From Candidatus Latescibacterota bacterium (GTDB lineage Bacteria > Latescibacterota > UBA2968 > GCA-2709665), in assembly GCA_965226795.1 (NCBI GenBank), contig CBDDDZ010000004.1, forward strand, positions 448,001 through 512,000: a DNA stretch of 64,000 nucleotides. Direction: 5' to 3'. The translations under genes and the position numbers were made by a program. How positions within the stretch are numbered: the first letter of the stretch is position 1; the number at the start of each line of letters is the position of its first letter. The notes under the pieces are model-generated. The model did no database searches, was not told the origin of the DNA, and saw nothing but the letters and a program-made list of their open reading frames with translations. This document shows positions 39,232 through 49,817 of the stretch, one piece after another.

Positions 39232-40521
39232 ATGCCAAGCCGACGGACAAGAATAAGCTTGCAACCCGATGTCCTGCAGTGGGCACGAGAACGTACTCGC
39301 GTCAGCCGCGACGAACTTGCTCGCAAGATGCACTTCCCGAATCTGGTCAAGGTGGACCGCGTCGGGGTAAGGGCCGGATAGACACATTGAGAGAGCGTAG
39401 AGTGGGAGGAAACCGGCAACATCAGTGTTGCCCAGGCAGACAGGCTCGCGGAACGCACACATACGCCCCTTGGATTGCTGTACCTTTCAAAGCCGCCCGA
39501 AGACTGACCAATCTGCCCGCATTCGCGAGGCCATGGATACCTGACTTCGTGAGTACGGGCGAGAACGAGAACCAAAATGCAGGTCGACCCATACGGAAGC
39601 CCCTCCGCTACGTCCGAGCCCTGACCTGCTGGAAACGGTTTATGCCATGCAGCGGCGACAGGACTGGATGCGAGAAGAACTGATCAGGAACGGCGCAGAT
39701 CCGCTGCAGTTCGTCGGCGCATACGACCTTGCGCAGAATCACGTGCAGGTGGCGAGCGCAATGCGGAACGTGCTGGGCATTTCAATTGGCTGGGCGGCAA
39801 GCCTGGACTCCTGGACTGCCGCGCTCAGATTCCTACGGAACAGATTGGACATGGCCGGCGTACTCGTGGTCTTCAACGGGGTCGTTGGCAACAGTACCAG
39901 CCGAAAGCTCAACACCGACGAGTTTCAAGGCTTCGCCCTGGTGGATGAATACGCTCCATTGATATTTGTTAACAACGCAGATTACATAGCGGCCAAGATG
40001 TTCACGCTTGCCCACGAACTGGCCCACGTATGCGTCGGAGAGTCGGGTGTATCCCACTTTGAGAGGTTGCAACCTTCACAGAATGCTACGGAGCGATTCT
40101 GTGATCAGGCGGCAGCGGAGTTTCTGGTGCCGGAGTCCAGTTTTCGGGATTTGTGGAATCTTGTGGGCCGCAATACCTTGGGGCCGACAAGTGTTCCTTT
40201 TGAGTCGATTGCGCGTCAATTCAAGGTAAGTGCAATCGTAGCGGCCCGGCGAGCCCTGGACCTGGACCTGATTGACCTCGAGACCTTTTTCGCCTTCTAT
40301 GAAAACCACAAGGCAACAAGGAGGTTCCAATCAACCCACAACCGTACGGTGGCGGTAACTTCTGGAGTACTCAGAGGTGGCGCATAGGCCCTCGGTTCGC
40401 GTCTGCGGTCTGCCGTGCGACAAAAGAAGAACGCCTGACATATAGGGAAGCGTGCTCTCTTACCGGGCTGAGCGGCGAGTCCCTTGAAAACATGGCCGTC
40501 AAGTTGGATATTCCACTATGA
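39232..40521 (+). pseudogene. XRE-HTH + ImmA/IrrE metallopeptidase, disrupted
   Basis: PDVLQWARER, EWEETG, PSPDLLET, FTLAHELAH and GGNFW..RIGPRFA fragments are spread over several frames with stops. Confidence 0.85.
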
Positions 40522-41042
40522 CGAGTCAGAACCGAACAAAGCTCCTGGATGCTGATGCCCTGATAGCTGCACACCGCAACTTTTACGCGCCGGATATATG
40601 TCCAGGATTCTGGGACTGCATTAACCATCACATTGCAAGTGGACGACTGCTTATCATTGACCGGGTACTTAACGAAATCAAATATCCACCGGATTTGGTC
40701 GCGTGGGTGCGACGACTTCCGCAACACGCACTTGTATCCACTTCGGCACATGCCGTTGCTGACGCCTACGCAGCCATAATGGATTGGGTACAGAACAATT
40801 CGCAGTTTACGCAGTCGGCCAAGGGTGAATTTGCCGATAGGGCCGATGGATGGCTTGTCGCATATTCGACGTTGAATGATACTTGCGTTGTTACCAACGA
40901 AGCGTTCGATCCCAATGTTCGGAAAAATGTGAAGCTCCCCAACGTCTGCGAGCAATTCGGAGTCAATTATCAAGATACATATGCGATGCTTCGCTGGCTG
41001 GAAGCGCATTTTGACCACCGACACTGGGAGCCTCCTGCTTGA
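40518..41042 (+). CDS. DUF4411 family PIN-like protein
   Basis: LLDADALI...FY..DICPGFW...ADGWLVAY...VVTNE...KLPNVC; ATGA overlap with the ImmA gene, its usual partner. Confidence 0.85.
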   Translation: MTSQNRTKLLDADALIAAHRNFYAPDICPGFWDCINHHIASGRLLIIDRVLNEIKYPPDLVAWVRRLPQHALVSTSAHAVADAYAAIMDWVQNNSQFTQSAKGEFADRADGWLVAYSTLNDTCVVTNEAFDPNVRKNVKLPNVCEQFGVNYQDTYAMLRWLEAHFDHRHWEPPA

Positions 41043-41718
41043 ACACCGACATCTCCGAACACGGGCTTGAAAGCCTCATCTGCACGGCGTTAGCCGGCGA
41101 CCCGAACGCCACGACGCATCCGGGCAATGAAAAAGCCAGGGCACGGTACGAGCACAACCGCTTCAGTGTTACTCGGCAACTCCAATACAGCCGCGACAAT
41201 ACCCGGCTTGCTCGCGATTTGTGCCTGTTCATCAACGGCCTGCCGGTTGCCGCGTTCGAACTGAAGAACAGCCTGACCAAGCAGACGGTCGAGGATGCCA
41301 TTAAGCAGTATAATCGCGACCGAAGCAACGGCGAAAAGCTCTTCGAGTTCGGTCCCGTACCGACCTGCGGAGGCACCGGAAAGCCTGAGCCCGAGATTGA
41401 CCGCCTCAGCAACATATTGAAGACTTTTAACGAACTGTTCGGGAATATCGATTGGAAGGACGGGACAAGATCGGAAGGGTCATCGCCGAGGAGTTGCCTG
41501 CGAAGGTCGCCGCTGATAAGGCTTACCGGAACGCGATGGAAAACTCGGACAGGCAGAACGCACGGATCGAGCACGACAAGGCGCTCGAAAGGGCCGTGAC
41601 GGAACGATTAACCGACCACACCGAGCTATTCATGCAGTTCAGCGACAACGAGTCGTTCCGGAAATGGCTATCGGAGACCAACTTTCGTACTACCTACCGT
41701 CAAACAGCCAACGTTTGA
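41039..41718 (+). pseudogene. hsdR: Type I R-M HsdR remnant (N-terminal nuclease piece joined to extreme C-terminus)
   Basis: FSVTRQLQY, FINGLPVAAFELKN and EKLFEFG join directly to PVPT..KPEPEIDRLSNILKTFN, followed by a frameshift to NSDRQNARIEH. No helicase motifs. Confidence 0.88.
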
Positions 41719-41891
41719 AGGACCCACTGCCATTGGGCTGTGTATTATTCCGAGGCGCTGATGAGCCCTGAACGCCATACCGATGATGATCGGTCGATTC
41801 GCAGAATCGGTTCTATTGTGACGGCCCCTTTTCGCAACTGGGAACGGGCTCGTTTCTTGTTCCTCACGCAGGATTTCAGGCGGGTTGATTA

Positions 41892-44090
41892 ATGACAATA
41901 CAGGTCGAAGGCAGTGTTCGGGAAATGGCATCGGACCGCGGGCTGGTGAACGTCTGCGTTTCCAACGGGGAGCACATTATTCGGACGGATGCGGATGGGC
42001 GCTACGCCCTGGAGCTATCGCCGGGCGGGCATCGATTCATCTTCGTCACGGTTCCGGATGGCTACCGGCTCGGGGAGAATTTCTACCGGTCAACGCACGG
42101 ATGGTCCTGCGATCAACGCGGGGTCGATTTCGAACTCAAGCCGCTGCCGGATCGGGATCAGCGAACCTTCTCGATGGTCCATATCAGCGATACCCACGTC
42201 GTGTTGGACGAAGACCGGATTCAAGGCGAGGTGTTGTCTCAGGATCTGCGACAGCTCGTGCGGGAAGCAGCGCCGGACCTGCTCGTTGTGAGCGGGGACC
42301 TGACCGATTGGGGGACGCTGGCGGAACTCGAACAGTTTCGCCACGCCATCAATTCCGTTTCGACGCCGGTATTGCCCATGTTCGGCGGTCACGACGGAAA
42401 TCACGAGCGCTTTGGCGATCTGACTGTCGACGAGCTTGTCGCATTGAAACACCGGAGGGAATACGCGAAGATCGAGGAGATCCTGAAGCGGCGCGACGGT
42501 GAAACCTTCACCCGCAACTACGAACAGGTACTCGGTCCGCCATATTCCAGTTTCGATCGCGGGCGCTGGCATTTTGTCCTCTATCCGAACGAGGAAAATT
42601 TCTTCTCGCCACAGGACCGGAAGCGGAAGGAGGAATGGCTGCGGGCGGACCTGGCGCAGCAGCCCCGCGACCGTGAAATCGTCGTGTTCCTTCACAAGCC
42701 ACCGTCCATTCCATTCCTGAATTCGTTGCGCCGGTACCGGGTAAAGCTCGCTATGCACGGGCATTGGCACTCCAGCAAGGTGTTCACCCGGGACGGGGTT
42801 ATCGTCGCGACGGCGCCGCCGCTCTGTTTCGGTGGTCTGGATACACGGCCGCGGGGTTATCGTATCGTGGAATTTCGAGAGGAGGACTTCGCGTTCAGGC
42901 TCAGACCTCTCACACGGACTGCGAGCCCATCGCCACGCGAGGATAATGAGTCAATTTCGCTCGATAAGACCGGCAGGGACCTGCGGCTTCTCTGGACGCA
43001 TCAACTTCCCGTGGGGCTGCACCGGGCGTCGCCGGTCCGGTCCGGCGAGCGAATCCTGGTGAGCCTGGCCGACGAAGGTCATCCCGCGCAAAGTGGCGTG
43101 GCCTGCATTGACGCCCGAAGTGGCGCGCTTTCGTGGCGGATGTTTACGGAAACATCGGTGAAAAACAGCGTGGCCGTGACGCCTCCCGCGGAATCGGCAG
43201 AAGACGAGTCGGATTTGTGTGCGGCGGTGTCCGTTGCCGGTAGAGTGTATATCATTGAAACGGGCTCAGGTCGCATTCGCTGGCAGGCCGACCTGCCCGG
43301 TTTTCCGGAACGGTGGATCTATGCCTCTCCGGTGATTGACGGCGAGACGGTGTACGCCGGCGGCAAGGCCGGTATCGGCGCTTACGACCTCAATACCGGG
43401 GCCCAAAAGTGGTACGCTGAAATCGAAGGCGGCGACGGCTGGCCCTGCTACGCGAGCCCACAGGTCTGCGGCGACCTGCTCATTGTGCTCGTTCAGCGCC
43501 GGGGGTTGTTGGCGTTGGACAAGCGCAAAGGGACGGTGGTCTGGGAGCGCACCCTGGGCGTCGAAAATCCCTATGCTCGGCCGGCGGTGGACGGAGGACT
43601 GCTGGTCACCGGCAGCGACGCCCCCAGTCTTCACTGGTTTGAAGGGGACCCGGCGCACCTGGCCGTCCTGGGAGTCAATTCGGGCGAGTTGGTTTGGCGC
43701 CGGCCCGTGCTTCCGTCGAGGTATCCCACCGGTCTGGCGTTGCGGGGCGACCGGCTGTACGCGACAACGCCGGACGGCGAGGCATTGTGTTTCGACGTCC
43801 CATCGGGTGCGTTGCTGTGGCGCTTCCGGACGGACAATGATCTAATGGACATGGTTCCTGCGCGCCGCGGGGTTCGATCCATCCTTGCGGCGCCGGTCAT
43901 TTATAACGACTGTCTGCTCATCTGTGGTGGAGACGGTTGCCTTTACGTACTGAATGCGCGGACCGGCGCATGCATCAGCCGTGCGCCTTTCGGCTCCCCG
44001 ATCACGGCCGCTCCATGTCTGACGGAAGACGGGTTCTGCGTGGGTACCTATAACGGGCGGCTGTATTGTTTCGCTGAACATGAGGAATGA
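41892..44090 (+). CDS. Metallophosphoesterase + PQQ-like beta-propeller protein
   Basis: VSNG, DTH, GD, GGHD and GHWH motifs, then Trp-docking propeller repeats. Confidence 0.85.
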   Translation: MTIQVEGSVREMASDRGLVNVCVSNGEHIIRTDADGRYALELSPGGHRFIFVTVPDGYRLGENFYRSTHGWSCDQRGVDFELKPLPDRDQRTFSMVHISDTHVVLDEDRIQGEVLSQDLRQLVREAAPDLLVVSGDLTDWGTLAELEQFRHAINSVSTPVLPMFGGHDGNHERFGDLTVDELVALKHRREYAKIEEILKRRDGETFTRNYEQVLGPPYSSFDRGRWHFVLYPNEENFFSPQDRKRKEEWLRADLAQQPRDREIVVFLHKPPSIPFLNSLRRYRVKLAMHGHWHSSKVFTRDGVIVATAPPLCFGGLDTRPRGYRIVEFREEDFAFRLRPLTRTASPSPREDNESISLDKTGRDLRLLWTHQLPVGLHRASPVRSGERILVSLADEGHPAQSGVACIDARSGALSWRMFTETSVKNSVAVTPPAESAEDESDLCAAVSVAGRVYIIETGSGRIRWQADLPGFPERWIYASPVIDGETVYAGGKAGIGAYDLNTGAQKWYAEIEGGDGWPCYASPQVCGDLLIVLVQRRGLLALDKRKGTVVWERTLGVENPYARPAVDGGLLVTGSDAPSLHWFEGDPAHLAVLGVNSGELVWRRPVLPSRYPTGLALRGDRLYATTPDGEALCFDVPSGALLWRFRTDNDLMDMVPARRGVRSILAAPVIYNDCLLICGGDGCLYVLNARTGACISRAPFGSPITAAPCLTEDGFCVGTYNGRLYCFAEHEE

Positions 44091-44223
44091 GCAAAAGGGG
44101 GCACGCACCTCAATTACAAACTATTTTGGACTGGCCGGACAACAAATGCAGAACAGTTTCTTGTTGCACTGTGCCGTATTGCGGTATACTTTACGGTACG
44201 GTATCTGGTGATGGGAGACAGGC

Positions 44224-44517
44224 GTGCGGCGTTTCACCGATGAGCGTGGAAACGAGGTTCGGCTTACCGACGAGCGGCTCCGGCACCTGCTACGAAGGCA
44301 CCCTGAAATGGCCTTCCTGATGCACCGGTTCGACGAAACACTCGCCAGGCCCGATGCGGTGAGGTCCTCCAGGTCCAGCCCGACGGTCCAGCTCTACTAC
44401 CGGCTATACCCGGACCTGCGGGGCAGGAACCGCTATATTTGCCTCGTAGTGAAGAGGGGGACCAGCTACTCCTTCATCCTCACCGCCTATCTCGCCCGGA
44501 GAATCAAAGGAGATTGA
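44224..44517 (+). CDS. Putative RelE/BECR-fold toxin
   Basis: RLTDERLRH..RHPEM...LYYR...CLVVK...ILTAY; directly upstream of the DUF2283 gene. Confidence 0.65.
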   Translation: MRRFTDERGNEVRLTDERLRHLLRRHPEMAFLMHRFDETLARPDAVRSSRSSPTVQLYYRLYPDLRGRNRYICLVVKRGTSYSFILTAYLARRIKGD

Positions 44518-44519
44518 AG

Positions 44520-44945
44520 ATGGCCAGTAAGACGGTGTCTGTCTGGTACGACGACGAAGGGGACATGCTAGAGGTCTTGTGGGCGTTCAGGGAGGGGTAC
44601 TTCAGCCCCACCAACGACGAGCGCATCCTCAAGCGGCTGAGCGACGACGGAGAGGTGATCGGGTTCCTGATCCACGACATCAGCACGCTCAAGCAGCCGA
44701 GCCCCGTTGAGTTCGAGTTGGCGTCCGAGACCCCCGAAGATGATGTCGCCAACGTCACGGTCCGGCAGGCTGCCATTCGGTTGGGCGTCTCGGAACGCCG
44801 AGTGCGGAAGCTTGCCCGCGATGGCCGCGTTAGGGGGGCGACGAAGGCCGGAGGGGAGTGGCTGATTCCCACTCCTGTAGAGGTGATTCCGGGCAAGCGC
44901 GGCCCGGCTGGTGTCGCCGCGCGTATGGGTGTAATCGAGGACTGA
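44520..44945 (+). CDS. DUF2283 + HTH_17 putative antitoxin
   Basis: VWYDDEGDMLEV...GEVIGF then TVRQAAIRLGVSERRVR...WLIP. Confidence 0.7.
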   Translation: MASKTVSVWYDDEGDMLEVLWAFREGYFSPTNDERILKRLSDDGEVIGFLIHDISTLKQPSPVEFELASETPEDDVANVTVRQAAIRLGVSERRVRKLARDGRVRGATKAGGEWLIPTPVEVIPGKRGPAGVAARMGVIED

Positions 44946-45171
44946 CTGATCCGGATTCGTCTCATCAATGTAGCGGCAGACACACTCCCGGATCCGCACC
45001 AGGGTACACGATTACAGAATTCGGGTAAAAGTTCACGGCACGACCACCCATTCATGGAACAGGTGCAGCTAATTTCGGAAGTGTTTGTTTCGGATTTCTA
45101 GTTGGGTTTCGGGGCGAGGCTTCGGCTCGGGAATCGAAACGCTAGTTTCCACGCGAAACCTGGGAGGTACT

Positions 45172-46173
45172 ATGACGGCACCATTACAATCACAACCGTG
45201 GGCGAGACCGGATTCACCCATTTTCAGCAATTCGCCCCCGCCGCAGCCGTGGATGAAATGTAACATCTATTGTCCGCGTGTCATTTACGCCGAGGGTAAG
45301 TACCGGATGTGGTTTTCCGGTTCGGAGGTGCGTCCGACGCTGTACAGAACGTGTATCGGATACGCCGAATCGGACGACGGCCTCGCATGGACGCTCCACC
45401 CCGACAATCCGATTCTGACGGCCGACAGTCTTACATGGGGTCAGAGCCTGCATACCCCCAGAGTGCTGTACGACGAGGACGAGCAACATTACAAGATGTG
45501 GTTCCTGAGCACGACCCACGTGGAGTATCGAGACGACGGCATCCTCGCGAAGGATATCCGGAGCGACCTGGGTTACGCGACCAGCAGGGACGGAATCCGC
45601 TGGGATTTCTGGCCCGAGCCCCTGATCCGGGAATGCCGGGCGCCGTGCGTTCACAAGGAAGACGGCCGCTATCGTATGTGGCTCAACGCCAGGCCCAACC
45701 CCGATGACTCGTGGGAAACGGCCTATGCGTACGTCTACGAATACGCGTCGGAGGATGGGATTGCATGGACGCGGCGTGAACACCCTTCCGTTCAGGCAAC
45801 GGGCAACACGAAGTCGTGCGTTTATCCGGACGTTCATAAGATCAATGGGACCTGGTACATGTGGCATATAGGCCATCTGAAGGAGAAGGACGGTCCGATG
45901 AATATGGTCTACCACGAGATCTTCTGCGATACGTCGACAGATGGAATTAACTGGACGCTGAATCACGAGAACCCCGCGTTTGCCGCCTCCCGGGATCTGG
46001 AACGTTTCGACTGGAAGACGGTATCGACGCCGTGCGTGGTGGATATCGGTGACACGTTGCGGCTGTATTACGCGGGGTGCAACCTGAAGACGAATTTCAA
46101 TCTGTTCGAGGGTGGAGACAACGGCGAGGGGATGCATATCGCCGTGGCGACAATGGCCAAAGATCAATTGTAG
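45172..46173 (+). CDS. Five-bladed beta-propeller glycoside hydrolase-like protein
   Basis: Repeated YRMW / SxDGxxW blades; RBS GGAGG. Confidence 0.75.
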   Translation: MTAPLQSQPWARPDSPIFSNSPPPQPWMKCNIYCPRVIYAEGKYRMWFSGSEVRPTLYRTCIGYAESDDGLAWTLHPDNPILTADSLTWGQSLHTPRVLYDEDEQHYKMWFLSTTHVEYRDDGILAKDIRSDLGYATSRDGIRWDFWPEPLIRECRAPCVHKEDGRYRMWLNARPNPDDSWETAYAYVYEYASEDGIAWTRREHPSVQATGNTKSCVYPDVHKINGTWYMWHIGHLKEKDGPMNMVYHEIFCDTSTDGINWTLNHENPAFAASRDLERFDWKTVSTPCVVDIGDTLRLYYAGCNLKTNFNLFEGGDNGEGMHIAVATMAKDQL

Positions 46174-46233
46174 AGCCCATGGGGGTATTTCATATACCAA
46201 AGTGGAAGACCAGGCGGTGAAACAGGAGCCGGT

Positions 46234-47112
46234 ATGCCGCGCGCAATTGATTTGACATTGGAGGTTATGAAGGCCGACGATATCTTTCCCATACCGGACC
46301 GGAAGAGCCGGATGAAGTGGAACGGGCCCTGGTGGCACATGGCGGCGCTGTACGAGATGGGGGAATCCGTGCGTATTCCGGAATCGGCCGTCATCAAGGC
46401 GCTGGCACTGTTGAAGAATGGCGCCTGGCCCAGGTTCGTCATCAGACGCGAGGATGCGCCGCGACGCGATTCCGACCGGGCTAAAATGGACTGTTGCCAC
46501 TGTGAATTAGGCGTATTTTACATGATACTTGCGTCGTGCGGCTGCGATGTGGATGCCGTACTGCCCTGGATTCGAGAGTGGTTGCTCCAACACCAGTTGC
46601 CGGACGGCGGTTTGAATTGCTCGCCGGCGGCCTATCGCGAGTCAGGAAAAAGCTCCATCGTATCTACGCTGCCTCCGCTGGAAGCCATTCTGTTCTTCAC
46701 CAATCGAAGATACACGGATGCTGAAATGAAATTCCTGGATGAGGGCGCGCGGTACCTCATCGAACATCGACTGGTTTGCTCGAAGAAAGATGGCCGCGTC
46801 ATCAATGGTGCGTGGTTGAAGCCGCTCTTTCCCCGCTTCTTCGAATATGACATCCTGAGGGGGATGTACTTTCTGGTGGAGTGGTCCCGAAGAACCGGTA
46901 GGTCGCTTCCCGATGAGGTTATCAAGGATGGCCTTGACCGGCTCCGTTGCCATATCGGCCCATCCGGGGTTGTCATCGGAAGACATGTGAACGATAAAAA
47001 CGGCGGGTGGCATGGGTACACGTTCCCGCTTCTTGAGTCGGTCGGAGCCGTTGGGACGGTATCGCCATACCTGACGAAACAGTTGAACACGGTGCTCCAG
47101 GCGACTAGATAG
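46234..47112 (+). CDS. Hypothetical protein with prenyltransferase-like repeat
   Basis: QLPDGGLNC and FPRFFEYDILRG motifs. Confidence 0.6.
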   Translation: MPRAIDLTLEVMKADDIFPIPDRKSRMKWNGPWWHMAALYEMGESVRIPESAVIKALALLKNGAWPRFVIRREDAPRRDSDRAKMDCCHCELGVFYMILASCGCDVDAVLPWIREWLLQHQLPDGGLNCSPAAYRESGKSSIVSTLPPLEAILFFTNRRYTDAEMKFLDEGARYLIEHRLVCSKKDGRVINGAWLKPLFPRFFEYDILRGMYFLVEWSRRTGRSLPDEVIKDGLDRLRCHIGPSGVVIGRHVNDKNGGWHGYTFPLLESVGAVGTVSPYLTKQLNTVLQATR

Positions 47113-47159
47113 ACATCGGTTGAACCTGGGAAGGCACATGCCTGATGATCGGCTTCTCT

Positions 47160-47264
47160 GTCAATCTGAGCGCAGTCGAAAAGCGCGTACCGTAGCGCGG
47201 TCATTGAGCTTGTCGAAATGCCCGCGTTGCGCCACCCATCGGCGACCCTTCGACAAGCTCAGGG
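47160..47264. repeat. REP cluster (inverted pair)
   Basis: TGAGCTTGTCGAA (47205-47217) and TTCGACAAGCTCA (47249-47261) form a perfect inverted repeat; a related TGAGCGCAGTCGAA lies at ~47167. Confidence 0.7.
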
Positions 47265-47550
47265 AGCGACTCTGGGTGCAGGCTCCATTCCGAGGTTTCT
47301 GCCGAGCGATGTACATCTCATCTCTTCTTGTCGCCATCAATGCCTTTTGCACAATCCCAGGATTGCATCAATTTCAGTCTCTTCATGCGGCTTAATCACA
47401 TATTATCACGACAATCAAAGTCAATCACAAACCAACGGACGCGTTTCAACGATAATTCCACGGCGCCTTATAGAGACTTATGGTCTTGGTTGCTGCTGAG
47501 CCAACCGATGCCGCGCTAGGTAGATGACCCGAAACCGGGAGGCGCAACTC

Positions 47551-47907
47551 ATGATGGCGGCGCGATATATCTTCTTTACGGACAACGTCGAACGTATGGT
47601 TTCGTTCTATCGGGACCTGATGAAGATGACGGTCCTGATGCCTCCGGAAGTGATTGACCACGACCCCAAAGGCTGGGTTCGGTTGTGCAGCGGCGGGTTC
47701 GAGGTCGGCATCCATCGCGCCGGAAAACCCGGTTGCGCGGGGCGGAATCGGAACAAACTCGTCTTCATTGTCAAAGACGTCGGCGCAACCCGCGAGGAAC
47801 TTGGGAAAGCTGGAGTTCGTATTGGTAAGCACCACATCCTCTCGAAATTCGAATGCTGCAACTTCAAGGATCCAGACGGAAACACGCTGCAGATTGCGAA
47901 TCGGTGA
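47551..47907 (+). CDS. VOC/glyoxalase family protein
   Basis: FYRD...DPDGNTLQI. Confidence 0.8.
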   Translation: MMAARYIFFTDNVERMVSFYRDLMKMTVLMPPEVIDHDPKGWVRLCSGGFEVGIHRAGKPGCAGRNRNKLVFIVKDVGATREELGKAGVRIGKHHILSKFECCNFKDPDGNTLQIANR

Positions 47908-47948
47908 TGTCGGGGACCGTGTCAATCACGAAAAAAGAGGTGAATCCC

Positions 47949-48365
47949 GTGGAAGTCAGTAAGGTCATCCCCTTTTTCGCGGTGAAAGACATGGAGAAGT
48001 CATTGGCGTTCTACCTCAAAGGGCTGGGTTTCAGGATGGAGGGCAAGTGGGTAGACGAAGGCGTTATCAGGTGGTGCATGTTGCGCATCGGTAAGGCCGC
48101 GGTGATGCTCCAGGAATTCAGGACCGAAGGCCACGATTCACGGCAATTCAGCGAGAACAAAGGCGAAGGTGTTTCGCTGTTCTTTTTTTGCGACGACGCC
48201 GTCGGATACTACCGGGATATCAAGTCTCGTGGCATAGACGCCTCTGAGCCGTTTGTGGGCAACAGGATGTGGGTCACGTCCGTTTTGGACCCCGACGGGT
48301 ACAATTTATCCTTTGAAAGCGCCACGGACGTCCCGGAGGAGACGAAATTGTCGGATGTGGAGTGA
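47949..48365 (+). CDS. VOC/bleomycin-resistance family protein
   Basis: VKDMEKSLAFY..LGF...DPDGY. Start uncertain (47907 or 47949). Confidence 0.85.
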   Translation: MEVSKVIPFFAVKDMEKSLAFYLKGLGFRMEGKWVDEGVIRWCMLRIGKAAVMLQEFRTEGHDSRQFSENKGEGVSLFFFCDDAVGYYRDIKSRGIDASEPFVGNRMWVTSVLDPDGYNLSFESATDVPEETKLSDVE

Positions 48366-48447
48366 AAGCAGGTGGGTTTCCGATCGAACTGAGCGGTCAG
48401 AGCCGTCCCGAACGGAGCGAGAACCCGGTCAGCAGAGGGGGTGCTGC

Positions 48448-49686
48448 ATGACTGACGCGGAACTGGAAGCAAAAGCCAACCGAATTCAGGCGGTTGTCGA
48501 GGACAACGTGCTGCAGGCGCACGGAATGATTCCCATGCTGGTGCGCGCCGACGATTTCCAGTTGCCGTCAGCGGAGGACTACCGCGGCGCATACCGCCAC
48601 CGGCATCTCATGGGCAAGACGGAAGCGGAGATCGGGATGGCGCCAATGCACGTCTGGCGGGCATGGGAGAATACGCCTACCGACACCGCGTGGTATCTCG
48701 GAGCGATGAGCTACCGGTATCGATGTGATGGCGATTCCGACGTCCTGGCGATCTGCCGGCGTACGTTCGGGGCGTTAAAGTATATCCATGGACTCGGCGT
48801 TGAGAGGGGCGAACGAGGGTACATGTGCAAACCGTATGGGGGCGTGTACAGCAACCAGTCTTCGGGCGATCAGGTGCAGTGCATTCTGGTCGGTCTGGCC
48901 GCCTACCGTCCCATCGCGCCGCCCGAAGACCTCGCCTGTATAGACGAAATCCTCGTGGACATGGCCGAGTTCGACATCAAATGGGAGTACGTCTCCCCCC
49001 ACGGTTATTTCGGCTATACCTATGAATCACTGGTGAAATCCATTCTGGGCGAGAACTGGATCAATGCCAACTGGTCCTACGCCATCATACATACGCCCCT
49101 GCTCTACCTGGCCTGGCAGGCCACGGGTGATCCGAAATATCTCCGGGAAATCGAGCGATGGTACGAGGCCTGCGATACGGGCGTCAGGTTCGAACGCCCT
49201 ACGGGAAAGCTGACCGGCGGCATCGGCTGGCGCGCGCTTTACCTGCCGGCACTATTGATGTGCTTCGACCCGGCGAACCACGAATTGTGGCGAAGCCTGA
49301 TGCTGCAGACATACGACATGCTTCAAACCGGCGTGCTGGACAACGGCACGTCACCCTACCAGTGGACCTGTGACATGGAAAGCGGTGAACGCGAAATCCT
49401 GCCGGCGACACTGTGGGGGGCCGGCCCCGCCACGACCGGCAGGTCGGGCATCTTCGCCAGGGCATGCGTCGCCGCACAGCCGTGGTTTCGCGAGGAGGAT
49501 ATGGCGCCCACGGCACGGCACATTCTGGAAAATCTGGATCTCGATACGTTTCGGTTTGTCATGCCGATGGAAGAAAACCAACCGGTACCGCCGGAGTGGA
49601 AGGTCGAGACCCGGCTGCTGGACATGGACAGTCTTACAGGATGGTTGTGGGGTTATTGGGAAGGACGGTGGCGAGGGTACTGGTAA
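48448..49686 (+). CDS. Hypothetical alpha/alpha-toroid (six-hairpin glycosidase-like) protein
   Basis: Helical ORF with WEN..T..YL, SxDQ and AWQATGDPKY motifs. Confidence 0.5.
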   Translation: MTDAELEAKANRIQAVVEDNVLQAHGMIPMLVRADDFQLPSAEDYRGAYRHRHLMGKTEAEIGMAPMHVWRAWENTPTDTAWYLGAMSYRYRCDGDSDVLAICRRTFGALKYIHGLGVERGERGYMCKPYGGVYSNQSSGDQVQCILVGLAAYRPIAPPEDLACIDEILVDMAEFDIKWEYVSPHGYFGYTYESLVKSILGENWINANWSYAIIHTPLLYLAWQATGDPKYLREIERWYEACDTGVRFERPTGKLTGGIGWRALYLPALLMCFDPANHELWRSLMLQTYDMLQTGVLDNGTSPYQWTCDMESGEREILPATLWGAGPATTGRSGIFARACVAAQPWFREEDMAPTARHILENLDLDTFRFVMPMEENQPVPPEWKVETRLLDMDSLTGWLWGYWEGRWRGYW

Positions 49687-49817
49687 GCGATCGGCGGGTA
49701 GCCGGAATCTGCCCGGTCCCTAAGCCGGTCATCCCCCTCCCTGAGTATGAAATCTCACCAGCTGCAGGCAGACCTTCAGCACGAATTGGCTCATTGAATG
49801 TCACACGGGAGGATCTC

